A program made the translations under genes and the position numbers. Below the pieces are notes generated by a model. It made no database searches and had not been told where the DNA came from. It saw only the letters and a list, made by a program, of their open reading frames with translations. Source: an uncultured archaeon (GTDB taxonomy: Archaea; Iainarchaeota; Iainarchaeia; Iainarchaeales; 1-14-0-10-31-34). From it: a stretch of DNA of 64,000 nucleotides. The stretch covers positions 32,694 to 96,693 of the forward strand of contig CAYTYC010000001.1 of NCBI GenBank assembly GCA_964442255.1, in the 5' to 3' direction. This document shows, piece by piece, positions 9,887-19,269 of this stretch. Positions within the stretch are counted from its first letter, which is position 1, and every line of letters begins with the position of its first letter.

Positions 9887-9978
9887 GTCAGGCGGTTTAA
9901 TGCATCGGCTTTCAGGCCGATTGTTCTTTTTGACCCTGATTTTATGGATGCCCCGCCCTTTAGGGCGGGAGGCAGTCA
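9887..9978 (+). ncRNA. Structured element family B, copy 1 (IS605 right-end / TnpB omega-RNA-like)
   Basis: hairpins ATCGGC/GCCGAT and CCCCGCCC/GGGCGGGA, ends GCAGTCA; covarying homologue at 43481. Confidence 0.6.
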
Positions 9979-10031
9979 TTTTTTACGCCGAATCGTTAAA
10001 CTTATATACCCCAAACCCTTATATTTTACAA

Positions 10032-10631
10032 ATGGCTTTCAAGGTTCACTGGACAATTATTCTGCCCATTGCGACAGCCATACTCGGCATTTATGAGATA
10101 ACGTTGGAGGCAATTTCCCCCCTTAACTGGATTTTTGCCGCCCTCATCTTCATCATGGCGGGACTGATGTTTTACAGGTCTTTCACCGCAATGAGGGAAG
10201 AAGAAGAGGAAGAAGCAGGGTTTGAAGAGGAAAAGCAAAGGGCGCCGTCAAAATCCTTGGTTGCACAGGAAAACCTTCCATACAGGCTGAGAAGGCCGGG
10301 TTCAGAGGCCGCTGAAAAACTGGAGCTGGAGGACTTTTTTGTATCCAGGCCCCCGGAAAGGAAGCCCGCCCAAAAACAGGTTCAAAGGACGGCTCGAAAA
10401 CCGTATTCCGTGCAGCCCGCGCAAAAAGCCCCGCCCGCAAGGCCTTTCGCAAAACCCGTTTCCCCTAAGCCCACGGCAGCGGGAAAAGAAAAGCCTTTGG
10501 CTGAGGTCTTAAAGGAAAGGATTTCAGCAAAACCCGAAAAGCCCCCGGCACAGTCTCCGGCAAAGGAAACCGGCCTGAAAAAGAAAAAAGAAAAAGCGTT
10601 AAAGGAACTCAAAGACCTTTTCAGCCAGTAA
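10032..10631 (+). CDS. Two-TM protein with Pro/Lys-rich tail
   Basis: hydrophobic N-terminus, low-complexity C-terminus. Confidence 0.7.
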   Translation: MAFKVHWTIILPIATAILGIYEITLEAISPLNWIFAALIFIMAGLMFYRSFTAMREEEEEEAGFEEEKQRAPSKSLVAQENLPYRLRRPGSEAAEKLELEDFFVSRPPERKPAQKQVQRTARKPYSVQPAQKAPPARPFAKPVSPKPTAAGKEKPLAEVLKERISAKPEKPPAQSPAKETGLKKKKEKALKELKDLFSQ

Positions 10632-10640
10632 AAAAAATTC

Positions 10641-10991
10641 TCATTCCATGTTCTTTATTCTCATAAAGCACTTGTGGCAGACAAATTTTTCATTCAGTTC
10701 CACGCCCATGTTGTCCAGTCCTTCGCATAAAATGCATCTTCTTCCCCTGCCCGTTATTTCTTTGCCTGCCCAGGAGAAAAGCAATGCCCACGAACACCAG
10801 CCGGGAAGAACCAGCTCCTGCAAAACCGTTTTATCATTTGCCTGCACCCTTCGCTTGAAGCCTTCCGGCACATGCCTGTGGATGTTTTCCATCCATTTAA
10901 CCCTTTCCAGGTTTCCCTTCAACAGGAACTGGGTTTTTTTTTCCTCAAAAAGCGAGCACATTTTTTCTCTAATTGAATGAAATGCATTCAA
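10641..10991 (-). CDS. Hypothetical protein with C-terminal CxxC..CxxC zinc finger
   Basis: CILC...CHKC. Confidence 0.65.
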   Translation of the reverse strand: MNAFHSIREKMCSLFEEKKTQFLLKGNLERVKWMENIHRHVPEGFKRRVQANDKTVLQELVLPGWCSWALLFSWAGKEITGRGRRCILCEGLDNMGVELNEKFVCHKCFMRIKNME

Positions 10992-11013
10992 AAATAAAAG
11001 CCTTTCCCTTTCC

Positions 11014-11781
11014 TTAAAAAAAATTTTCCACGGCTTCCCGTATGGTTGAAACCTCTTTCACCTGCATTCCCCATTGATCTTCCGCGAATTCCCTTAAATC
11101 CAGGGTTTTTGGCACATAGTTCACGCGCTGTATTGTGAGGAAACCGCGCTTTTCTTCCCGGATTTCCTGCTTGTAATAGGTTATTGTGCTTTGGCCTTCC
11201 GGCACCAAAAAAAGCCGTGTTCCGGCTTCCCCTAAAGCCGCGGCCTTTTCCATTACCCCGCTGATTCTTCCAATCCTTCCGTTTTCGCTTATTGTGCCGG
11301 TTATTGCCACTTTTTCCTTTGGGCTTTCCTCTTTTATTGCCCCTATTGTCGCAATAGCCAATGCAGCCCCCGCACTCGGCCCCCCCACCAAATCAGCCTT
11401 TGTTTCGGTTATTGAATAAATGACGTCCTTTCCCCTGAGGCTTTTTCCGGTGAAGTTTTCCGCAACTTTTGCGGCGACCTCGATGCTTTCCTGTGTGTCA
11501 GGTTCCACAAACGGGTTGGTGTTGAACAAAATCCTTTTTTCCCCTGGCAGGCCTTCTCTTATCTCCACTGAAGCTTTGTTCACTATTCCCTTGTTTTCTG
11601 ATGCGGAAACCGCCACAACGCTTATTTCCGCGGAAAAAGTTCCGGCAGGCAGGGGCTCTTTAGCGGGGCTCCCGCCCACTGGGCTCATGCCATGGGATTC
11701 GCTTAAGAAAAGGCCCAAATTTATGCCTAACACGAATACAAGAACAACAAGCAAAATCCAGGCGGCCTTGTGTGAAGCCAT
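11014..11781 (-). CDS. S16 (Lon-like) membrane-anchored serine protease
   Basis: GGPSAG catalytic Ser, ITGTI..G.IG.ISG..EK. Confidence 0.85.
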   Translation of the reverse strand: MASHKAAWILLVVLVFVLGINLGLFLSESHGMSPVGGSPAKEPLPAGTFSAEISVVAVSASENKGIVNKASVEIREGLPGEKRILFNTNPFVEPDTQESIEVAAKVAENFTGKSLRGKDVIYSITETKADLVGGPSAGAALAIATIGAIKEESPKEKVAITGTISENGRIGRISGVMEKAAALGEAGTRLFLVPEGQSTITYYKQEIREEKRGFLTIQRVNYVPKTLDLREFAEDQWGMQVKEVSTIREAVENFF

Positions 11782-11908
11782 AAAAAAAATTCCCCTGGAA
11801 ACGCTTTTTAAGGCTACTTTTTTTTGAATGAGAAAACACAAATCAGGGGCTTCAGCCAAACTCCAATGCGCCGGAATCCGCTTAAACGGAGGCCTTAAGG
11901 CCAGGGCT

Positions 11909-12316
11909 TCACTCGATGTAAATGGTTTGGCTGCCTTTCCTTACCTTTCCCCTGTCCGCGTAACGGAAAAGGTAGTGCACGGTGCTTTTCGGCGTTCCGG
12001 TGAGTTCCTCTATTTTTCTCAGGCTCAGGTAATCCTTTTTAAGGTCCGAAATCTTCAGAATCTTTTCAAAACCCAGTTCCAGTGCCCTTCCCCTCCTGTT
12101 TTCCACTTTAACGGAAACATTTTTTTCCTTCAAGTATTTCCTGCTTTTTTCCCCCAGCCTTTTTAAGGTGGACGCGCTTAAGCTGAACTCCTTTACGCCC
12201 TTTTTTTCCGCCAAATACTGCAGTTTAGTGAATTTGATTGGCCTGACCAAATGAATTTTTTCAACGCCCTTTGGAAGGCGCCTGACATTTGTTTTCCCGT
12301 ACACGGAATAACGCAT
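11909..12316 (-). CDS. HTH-containing protein (DUF1699-like)
   Basis: EKIHLVRP, RRGR, C-terminal SLRKIEELTGTPKSTVHY HTH. Confidence 0.6.
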   Translation of the reverse strand: MRYSVYGKTNVRRLPKGVEKIHLVRPIKFTKLQYLAEKKGVKEFSLSASTLKRLGEKSRKYLKEKNVSVKVENRRGRALELGFEKILKISDLKKDYLSLRKIEELTGTPKSTVHYLFRYADRGKVRKGSQTIYIE

Positions 12317-12325
12317 TTTTTTTTT

Positions 12326-13042
12326 TCACCAGCCCACAATTCCCGCGGCCATGAACATCGCGAGGCTTAGGATAAGCCCCAACACAAAGAACAAGGGGTT
12401 TCCTTTGCTTCCCTCCGGAAGCATGTCCCTTATCACAACGTAAAGCAGCGCGCCAACCACGAAAGCAAAAATGGCGAGAAAAATGTGCCTTGCGGGATTC
12501 AAAAGGAAAGCAAAGAGCGCCCCGATGAGAGGGGAGGCCGCAAGCGTAATGGAAATTATTCTGTTCTGGAAGTGTTCGTCGATGTGCGTCAAGGAAATTC
12601 CGGAGGAAATCGTGTGAAGGAAAAGCGGAATAAACAGGAGAAAACCCAACTCAATTTGCGGGGAATTAATGGCAAAGAAAAGTGCAGCGCCCACGACAAA
12701 GTGGTCAATGAAAAATCCGGCGGCATGCACCTCCGCAAGCTCCCTTAAAAGGACGTCCTTGTTTTTGACGTGCTGGTAAATGTATTTTTCCATCACATGA
12801 AACAAAACAAAACCCGCCAGAAGGAAGACGAACACCTTTTCGCCCATCAGGGAGGCGCCTTCAACCAGTTCGGGAAGCAGCACAAGAAAAATGAATGCAA
12901 TGAACAGCCCCGCGGAAAAGCTCACAAGCTGTGCGTGAAAGCGTTCAACGTGTGCCGCAAACTGCTCGGAAAACCAGTGGACAGCCACAAGGATTGCGGC
13001 GAGAACAAATGTCAGGGATGCAGTCAAACCAAGCATGTCCAA
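12326..13042 (-). CDS. ZIP-like metal transporter
   Basis: SFSAG...LLPE, His-bearing TMs, GALLYVVIRDMLPE. Confidence 0.75.
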   Translation of the reverse strand: MDMLGLTASLTFVLAAILVAVHWFSEQFAAHVERFHAQLVSFSAGLFIAFIFLVLLPELVEGASLMGEKVFVFLLAGFVLFHVMEKYIYQHVKNKDVLLRELAEVHAAGFFIDHFVVGAALFFAINSPQIELGFLLFIPLFLHTISSGISLTHIDEHFQNRIISITLAASPLIGALFAFLLNPARHIFLAIFAFVVGALLYVVIRDMLPEGSKGNPLFFVLGLILSLAMFMAAGIVGW

Positions 13043-13128
13043 GAATAAGCGCGTTTTTTTATTTAAATGTTTTGCTTCAGCTGGGGAAAGCTATAAATAC
13101 GCATGAAGCCATCTTTTGTACGGGAAGC

Positions 13129-13695
13129 ATGTTCAACGACTACTACAGGAAAGCCGTGTTCGGAAACCAGGTGAAATTCGTTAAAGGGCAGTTTTTCCTC
13201 GGAAACGTTCCCTTTGTTTTTGCCCCCCTGGATTTGCTTTTGTCCATTGTTTCAATAGATGATGAAAACCTCCACAAAAAGCTTTACTCTTCGGTGAAGG
13301 AATCCGCGCAAAGGCTTGTTCAAAGGTTCGAGTTTCCGTTTGAATACAGTGCCCTGAGAAGGCTTGAGGAAATGGAAAACTATTTTTCATCTTCTGGCTG
13401 GGGCCCGCTGCAAAGAATGCATTTGGATGAAAAGAAAAGCCGGGCGCTTGTAACCGTTGAAAATTCCCCCCTGGCTTTGGCTTTGCAGGGAAAAAGCCTT
13501 CATCCGGTTGACCATTTAATGAGGGGCATTCTTGCCGGGGTTTATTCAAGTGTCATGAAGCGGGACATGGACTGCGTGGAACTCGCGTGCCTTGCTTCAG
13601 GCGCGCCGGAAAGATGCGAGTTTGTGTTAAAGCCGCACCACGAATTCGATTTCTCAAAAGAGCTTACCAGAAAACAAATTGAACCCAAAATTTAG
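13129..13695 (+). CDS. V4R-domain protein
   Basis: SGWG, RGILAG, ELACLASGAPERCEF. Confidence 0.8.
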   Translation: MFNDYYRKAVFGNQVKFVKGQFFLGNVPFVFAPLDLLLSIVSIDDENLHKKLYSSVKESAQRLVQRFEFPFEYSALRRLEEMENYFSSSGWGPLQRMHLDEKKSRALVTVENSPLALALQGKSLHPVDHLMRGILAGVYSSVMKRDMDCVELACLASGAPERCEFVLKPHHEFDFSKELTRKQIEPKI

Positions 13696-13735
13696 CCCCC
13701 GCAAAAAAACCGGTTTCTTGGTTAAAACCAAAAAA

Positions 13736-14797
13736 TCAGCAATCCCTTTCAACAAGGTAGTCCGCGAAAGCCCTGAGCTTCTTTTTTGCCTTGCTTTCCT
13801 TCAGCAAAGGCTCGATTTCTTTCCAGGCGCCTTTCACAAGTTCCTTGGCTTTTTCTCTTGCGTAATCTATTGAGGCGGTTTTTTCAATCAGTGAAACGGC
13901 CTCTTTAATCAGCTTTTCGTCCTTTGTGTGCATTCCAAGAATTTCCTTCAGTCTTTCGGCGTCCTTTTTTTCCGCGTTCGCAAAAGAATGGATGACCATC
14001 AGCGTGCGCTTTCCTTCGTTTATGTCGTCCCCGAACTCTTTTCCCCACTCTCCGGTCGGCTTGATGTTCAGAATATCGTCCTGTATCTGGAACCCCACGC
14101 CAATCATTGAAGCGAATTTTCCCGCGGCCTCCGCCTCTTTTTTTTCAGCATCCGCCAGCACCGCGCCAAGCTTTGCGGAAAACCTTGCAAGTGTTCCGGT
14201 TTTAAAGGCAACCATTTGAAGGTATTCTTTTTCGGAGGGCTCCTTTTTTCCCTTGTGCCAGTAAATGTCCAGCCCCTGCCCCACGCTTAACTCCAAAAGC
14301 GCCTGCACATAAATCTCAAATGCGCGGTTCTTTTTTTTTTCGCTTAAGCCGCTTTCAGTCAGGGGAAGGAGGGGCGCAAAGTAAAGCATGTTTCCCGCGT
14401 TGATTGCAATGTCGGTGCCGTAAATTTTGTGCGTGCAGGGCGTTCCCCTCCTTAAATCGGAGTCGTCTTCCACGTCGTCAACCATTATTGTGCCGTTGTG
14501 CACCATTTCCGGCAGGCACGCGAACTCCAGTATTTTCTCCGGATTTCCCCCGAATGCTTCGTTCACCAAAAGCATTAGCACAGGCCTCCAGCGTTTTCCC
14601 CCGCGGTCCAAAAACTCCCATATCGGCTCGTTCAAGGACTTGTTTATGGATTCTTCGTCAAACTCAAAGAGAGGCTTTCCGAAGACTTTTTCCGTCCATT
14701 TTTTGTCCGCCTTCCGGGGAAAGCATTTCTCCATTTCCCTGTCAATGCGTGGCTTCCATTCATTCAAAAAGGATTTGATTTCCTTTTCCGCTTCCAT
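13736..14797 (-). CDS. idsA: Polyprenyl (GGPP) synthase
   Basis: GGKRWRP, DDVEDDSDLRRG and FQIQDD motifs. Confidence 0.92.
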   Translation of the reverse strand: MEAEKEIKSFLNEWKPRIDREMEKCFPRKADKKWTEKVFGKPLFEFDEESINKSLNEPIWEFLDRGGKRWRPVLMLLVNEAFGGNPEKILEFACLPEMVHNGTIMVDDVEDDSDLRRGTPCTHKIYGTDIAINAGNMLYFAPLLPLTESGLSEKKKNRAFEIYVQALLELSVGQGLDIYWHKGKKEPSEKEYLQMVAFKTGTLARFSAKLGAVLADAEKKEAEAAGKFASMIGVGFQIQDDILNIKPTGEWGKEFGDDINEGKRTLMVIHSFANAEKKDAERLKEILGMHTKDEKLIKEAVSLIEKTASIDYAREKAKELVKGAWKEIEPLLKESKAKKKLRAFADYLVERDC

Positions 14798-14863
14798 GTA
14801 TTAATATAGCAAACGACATTCTTTTTTAAATGCCCTGTTGCCTTTCGCTCACGCAAATGGATT

Positions 14864-14974
14864 GATGCAGGGCAAATGATTGTCATTTGTTGCAGTTCAG
14901 TGTCTGGTATTTCTTTCATTTTTTGCAGGCAATCGCCGATGCAGGGCAAATGATTGTCATTTGTTGCAGTTCAG
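14864..14974. repeat. 37-bp palindromic direct repeat x2 separated by 37 bp
   Basis: identical copies 14864-14900 and 14938-14974, each containing CAAATGA-ttg-TCATTTG. Confidence 0.85.
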
Positions 14975-14996
14975 GGGCAGGTGCTTTAAATGCTTT

Positions 14997-15275
14997 TCAC
15001 TTAACCTGCCTGAGGCTGTTGACTGCCTCAAAAGGCTCCATTACCCTGAATTTCAGGAAATTTTTTTCCACAAGCCTTTTCCTCATGAGTTCCCCCAAAG
15101 CTTCACTGATTCTTGTTTCTTCTTCCCTTGCCATTTCCGTTATTTCGTCAAAAAACAGTTCCCCGTGCCTTATCAGCGCCATCAAAACCTTGAGCTTGAC
15201 TTTCTCCCTTTTGTCCAGTTCATTTTCCTTTTCAATCCTGATGCAAGCGGCCTCCAGTATGTTCAGCCAAACCAC
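14997..15275 (-). CDS. Small winged-helix protein (TrmB-like)
   Basis: KVLMALIRHGEL...ISEALGELMRKRLVE. Confidence 0.55.
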   Translation of the reverse strand: MVWLNILEAACIRIEKENELDKREKVKLKVLMALIRHGELFFDEITEMAREEETRISEALGELMRKRLVEKNFLKFRVMEPFEAVNSLRQVK

Positions 15276-15412
15276 CCCCTGAAAGGTTTGATTGGTTGGA
15301 TAAACCGCGCGGTTTTCCGGAAATTCAATTAACGCTTACGCTTTCCGCATATAAATAGTTTCCAGTACAAACAGTACGGACAAATGGTACCAATGCATTT
15401 ATATGGCAGAAG

Positions 15413-15925
15413 CTATCGGTAAACAGCGTAACCGTAAACTTTTTTTCCATTTGTTTTTTCCAGCGCCTCTTCAATTGTTTTCTTCATTTCCTTTAGTTCG
15501 CGTTCATCTTTCACCGGAACCTTGTTTTTGAAGTCCTCAATTTTCTTGTTTTCCCCGTTAATCCTTATGAGGTAAGTCTGCTCCTCCGCCTGCAGGCTCT
15601 GCTTCAGGATGCCTTCAAGCTCAACCGCCCTGCGCGCAAGGAAAGAGGTTTTCCTTTTCACCAGTTTCTCAAACGCCTTCACGGGGTTTTTTGAAAAATA
15701 ATTTGCGGGATGCGAGTTAGTGCAGTGCACCAGGCCGTGGCGGAGCAAATCATTCAGCGCAACATAAACCTTGTTCACGGGCACGAGGCTTTCCCGGCTT
15801 AACTGTGTGGCGGTTTTAACCTCGCCTGAAAGCAAAAAGAAGTAGACTTTGGCGTGTGAAACGCCAAAGCCTGGTAGGAGTTCGGAAAATATTGCCTTTA
15901 ATTTTATTGGAGCCTGTCTGGGCAT
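15413..15925 (-). CDS. TrmB-family transcriptional regulator
   Basis: AKVYFFLL...TATQLSRESLVPVNKVYVALNDL..GLV. Confidence 0.85.
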   Translation of the reverse strand: MPRQAPIKLKAIFSELLPGFGVSHAKVYFFLLSGEVKTATQLSRESLVPVNKVYVALNDLLRHGLVHCTNSHPANYFSKNPVKAFEKLVKRKTSFLARRAVELEGILKQSLQAEEQTYLIRINGENKKIEDFKNKVPVKDERELKEMKKTIEEALEKTNGKKVYGYAVYR

Positions 15926-16088
15926 ACAAAACCCATTAATCTATACGGCGTTAAACATATTAAAAGCTTAATTTAAATTTTTGATTTGGTTAATTTAATT
16001 AATTATTTAAGCCTTTCTTTCTTATGGGTTATTAATTTAGTTTTGGCTTTAGTGTCCATCTGGAAATTAAATTTACAGGAGGGTTTCT

Positions 16089-16535
16089 GTGATTGACGAA
16101 ATTGACAAAAAGATTTTGAATCTGATGATTTCTTTCCCTGAAATTCGGCAGCACGAACTGGCGAAAAAAATCGGAATTTCCGCGCCCGCGGTGACAAACA
16201 GGATAAAGAAGCTGAAAAAGGAAAAGGTTTTGCTTGGCTACCGCCCAAGCATTGACTTGCACAAGCTCGGATACGATGTCACGGTTGTGATAACTGTCAG
16301 GACGGCGCAGAACCTTGAGGCCACGGCAAACAAGTGGGCGCAGGATCCCCACGTGTGCGCGGCTTACCGTGTCACAGGGGAAACCGACTTTGTTTTGGTC
16401 GCAAAATTCAGGAACACAAAGGAACTGGACAAATTCAATCAGGCAATGTTTGCCGATGAAAGCGTGAACAGGACAAACACCAGCCTTGTGTTCAGCGCGG
16501 CAAAAGAAGGCCAGCTCCCGAACAGGGTTTTTTAG
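16089..16535 (+). CDS. Lrp/AsnC regulator
   Basis: IDEIDKKIL HTH, RVTGETDF. Confidence 0.92.
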   Translation: MIDEIDKKILNLMISFPEIRQHELAKKIGISAPAVTNRIKKLKKEKVLLGYRPSIDLHKLGYDVTVVITVRTAQNLEATANKWAQDPHVCAAYRVTGETDFVLVAKFRNTKELDKFNQAMFADESVNRTNTSLVFSAAKEGQLPNRVF

Positions 16536-16651
16536 AAACCCCTTTCCGGGAACCCCGCCTGTTTCAATGGGCGAATGAATTGTTTCCGTCAGGCCGTTTA
16601 CGGGAAAAAAAATTAGGGGGGCTTTAACCCGCCGTAGTTTAGGCGGGTTTA
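16531..16651. mobile_element. Dispersed element family A, copy 1 (MITE-like, diverged)
   Basis: TTTAGAAACCCCTTTCCGGGAA..CCCGCCTGTTTCAATGGGCG shared with 41940 and 54188. Confidence 0.7.
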
Positions 16652-16942
16652 TTCGTTTATCCCCCGCGCTTTTATTCTTTCTTCGTAAGCTTTGGAATAC
16701 TCTTCCTTAAGCCAATTTAGAAGGTCCATTAACAGGCCGTTTCGTTCCAGGTCTCTTTTCTCTTTCTGCAAAACAACTTTGTGTGCGTCTATGCTTCCCT
16801 GAAACTTGTCCCCATAGATGAGTATAAGTTCCCTCCATTCATGGTCTAATAGTATCGGACATAAGTTTTGGAAACTTTTTGGTTTTTGGAACCTTGTTTT
16901 TTGCCTGCATTTTGGCAAACTAAAGCATTTCCTAATGTACAA
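16649..16942 (-). CDS. Hypothetical protein
   Basis: 97-aa ORF, no recognised motif. Confidence 0.4.
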   Translation of the reverse strand: MYIRKCFSLPKCRQKTRFQKPKSFQNLCPILLDHEWRELILIYGDKFQGSIDAHKVVLQKEKRDLERNGLLMDLLNWLKEEYSKAYEERIKARGINE

Positions 16943-17023
16943 AAGTTCAATTATTTATGTCCATGGCTATAATATCACATTCATAAGTTTCTCTATTTTG
17001 CTTTTATCCGGGACAATTTTTTT

Positions 17024-17293
17024 TTAGGGTGATTTGGCAAACACAGCCCCAAAGCAGACCAAAACAGGTAAATCCCTGTGGCCTTCCGGAAAATTCTCCA
17101 CAACAAAGTAAGGCATTCCCCTTTTGAAGGAAGGCTTTTTTGATTCAATGGTTGAAATAATAAACCGGTTAAATTTGTCCAACGCCGGGGTTTCTTGGGT
17201 TCTTTTTTTTACGGATTCAATCCACTGCGCATAATCGGTTTCCTTTTTGAGGTCCAGCCCCCTCATGCTTTTGGGGCGTGGAGGAGGCGGCAA
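17024..17293 (-). pseudogene. Orphan ORF fragment, possibly degraded
   Basis: upstream ATG (17376) is in another frame and stops after 37 codons. Confidence 0.3.
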
Positions 17294-17413
17294 AGTCTCA
17301 GCGAGCTAAGTGGCGCCGCAGCAAGGTTAGTCAAACTCTTGCTTCCAAGCGCTTTCGCCAGACCTCTTTTAGCCATAACGAATTAATGCTCTTAAAGTAT
17401 TTAAAGACTTTTT

Positions 17414-18589
17414 TTAGCCGTGCCTGAAAAACTTTTCCAGCCTTTCAAACGCCTTTTCAATCAGTTCATACTTTGTCGCGTAGCTCATCCGAACAAACCC
17501 TTCCCCTTCCGCGCCGAACTCCGTGCCCGGAACAACCGCAACCTTTGCCTTTTCCAGAACCTTTTTCGCGAATTTAAACGAATTTTCCCCGGAGTCAATG
17601 CGCGGAAAAACATAGAACGCCCCCTCCGGCTCAACGTCAACAGTCAAGCCATTCAATTCCCGCAGCCGCCTTAAAACCATTTTCCTTCTCCTTTCGTATT
17701 CTTTCCTCATTTTTTCCACCGGCTTTTTGCCCATCCCTAAGGCAAACTCCCCAAGTTTTTGGGAAAAGGTGGGGGCGCATAGCGCGGTGTACACGTGGAT
17801 TTTGGTCATCTTTTCAATCAGCCACTCCGGCCCGGAGGCAAAGCCCAGGCGGAAGCCGGGCATTGCATAACTTTTGGAAAATGTGTGAAGGGTTAAAACA
17901 TGGGGCTGCATTCCGTTTAAGGAAGCCATTGAAACGTGCTTTGCGTTCCCGTACACGAAGTATTCGTATGCTTCGTCGGAAATCAAAAGCAATTCGTTTT
18001 CCACGGCAATGTCTGCAAGCTCCTCCAAATCCTTTTTTTTGAGCACGGTTCCGGTTGGGTTGGAGGGCGAGTTAACGATTATCGCCCTTGTGCGCTTTGA
18101 AATGCTTTTCTTTATTTCATCAGAATCAATCTGGAATCCGGTTTCTTCCTTCAGCGGAATCTCGACCGCAAACCCGTTCAAAAGCTTGATTGAAGGAATG
18201 TATGCGAGAAAGCCCGGGTTGGGCGTAAGAACCTCTTCTCCCGCGTCCACCAGGCACATCAGCCCCATCATTATTGCTTCGGTTGAGCCGTTTGTCACGA
18301 CAACCTGCTTTAACGGGTCGTCCAGCTTAATCCCGTTTTCTTTCCCCAGCTTTCTGTCAATCGCTTTCTTAAAATCGGTTCTCCCGCCGGGGGGAGAGTA
18401 ATGCGTGAAGCCCTTTGAAAGAATTTTTTTTCCGTAGTTTAGGATTTCTTTTGGCGTGCCAAAATCCGGCTCTCCCGGCCCGAGGGAAATGACTGCTTTG
18501 TCTTCTTCCGCGATTTTAATCAGGGCGCCAATTGTTGAGTCAGGCAGTTCGGCCGTCCTTTCGCTCAAATATTTGCTTAAATTCTTCAC
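17414..18589 (-). CDS. PLP-dependent aminotransferase class I/II
   Basis: GEPDF, NSPSNPTG, SDEAY, FSKSYAMPGFRLG. Confidence 0.95.
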   Translation of the reverse strand: MKNLSKYLSERTAELPDSTIGALIKIAEEDKAVISLGPGEPDFGTPKEILNYGKKILSKGFTHYSPPGGRTDFKKAIDRKLGKENGIKLDDPLKQVVVTNGSTEAIMMGLMCLVDAGEEVLTPNPGFLAYIPSIKLLNGFAVEIPLKEETGFQIDSDEIKKSISKRTRAIIVNSPSNPTGTVLKKKDLEELADIAVENELLLISDEAYEYFVYGNAKHVSMASLNGMQPHVLTLHTFSKSYAMPGFRLGFASGPEWLIEKMTKIHVYTALCAPTFSQKLGEFALGMGKKPVEKMRKEYERRRKMVLRRLRELNGLTVDVEPEGAFYVFPRIDSGENSFKFAKKVLEKAKVAVVPGTEFGAEGEGFVRMSYATKYELIEKAFERLEKFFRHG

Positions 18590-19230
18590 CTGATCACCCT
18601 TACATCCACCGCAAGGGCGTTTCTGGAGTCAAGCATTACCGGGTTCAGGTCCAGCTCTGAAACCTTTTCTTTTTCCATGAATTTGCTTACATTCAAAAGC
18701 AAACCTTCAAGTTTTTTGAAATTGACGGCTTTTTTTCCCCTCGCGCCTTTCAGAATCGCTTTTCCTTTTATTTCTGAAACCATTTCCTTTGCGTCTTTCC
18801 GCGTGATTGGAACAAGGCGGATGGAAACGTCTTTCATTATCTCCACGAATATTCCGCCCAAGCCAAACAAAATGATGGGCCCGAACTGCGGGTCAATTTT
18901 TCCCCCAACAATTACCTGCACCCCGTCAGCCATTTTTTGCACCATTATTCCGCGGATTTTTGCTTTTGGAGCCTTTTTCTTCACATTCTTCAAAATTCGC
19001 CTGAAAGCCTCCAGCGCCTCTTTTTCGGATTCAATGCCCAGCTCAACCCCGCCTGCATCGCTTTTGTGAACGACCTGCTCCGAAACAATTTTCATTGCAA
19101 GCGGAAACCCAAGTTTCTTTGCAACGCGCGGCAAATCCTTCTCTTCCTTCACCAGCCCGCCTTTCGCAAACCGCACCCCGTATTTCCGCAAAAGCTTTTG
19201 CGCTTCCGGAAAATCCACCTGCTTTTTCAT
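18586..19230 (-). CDS. acdB: ADP-forming acetate-CoA ligase, ATP-grasp beta subunit
   Basis: HKSDAGGV, DPQFGP, GLGGIFVE, ELDLNP. Confidence 0.9.
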   Translation of the reverse strand: MKKQVDFPEAQKLLRKYGVRFAKGGLVKEEKDLPRVAKKLGFPLAMKIVSEQVVHKSDAGGVELGIESEKEALEAFRRILKNVKKKAPKAKIRGIMVQKMADGVQVIVGGKIDPQFGPIILFGLGGIFVEIMKDVSIRLVPITRKDAKEMVSEIKGKAILKGARGKKAVNFKKLEGLLLNVSKFMEKEKVSELDLNPVMLDSRNALAVDVRVIR

Positions 19231-19269
19231 CGCATAAATAGAGGCAAAAAGGGAATTTAAAGTTTCGCA

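Noticed and set aside
14864..14974. Mini CRISPR array (37-37-37)
   Set aside because: Only two repeats, no cas genes in the window, no typical repeat terminus, and the spacer resembles noisy copies of the flanks
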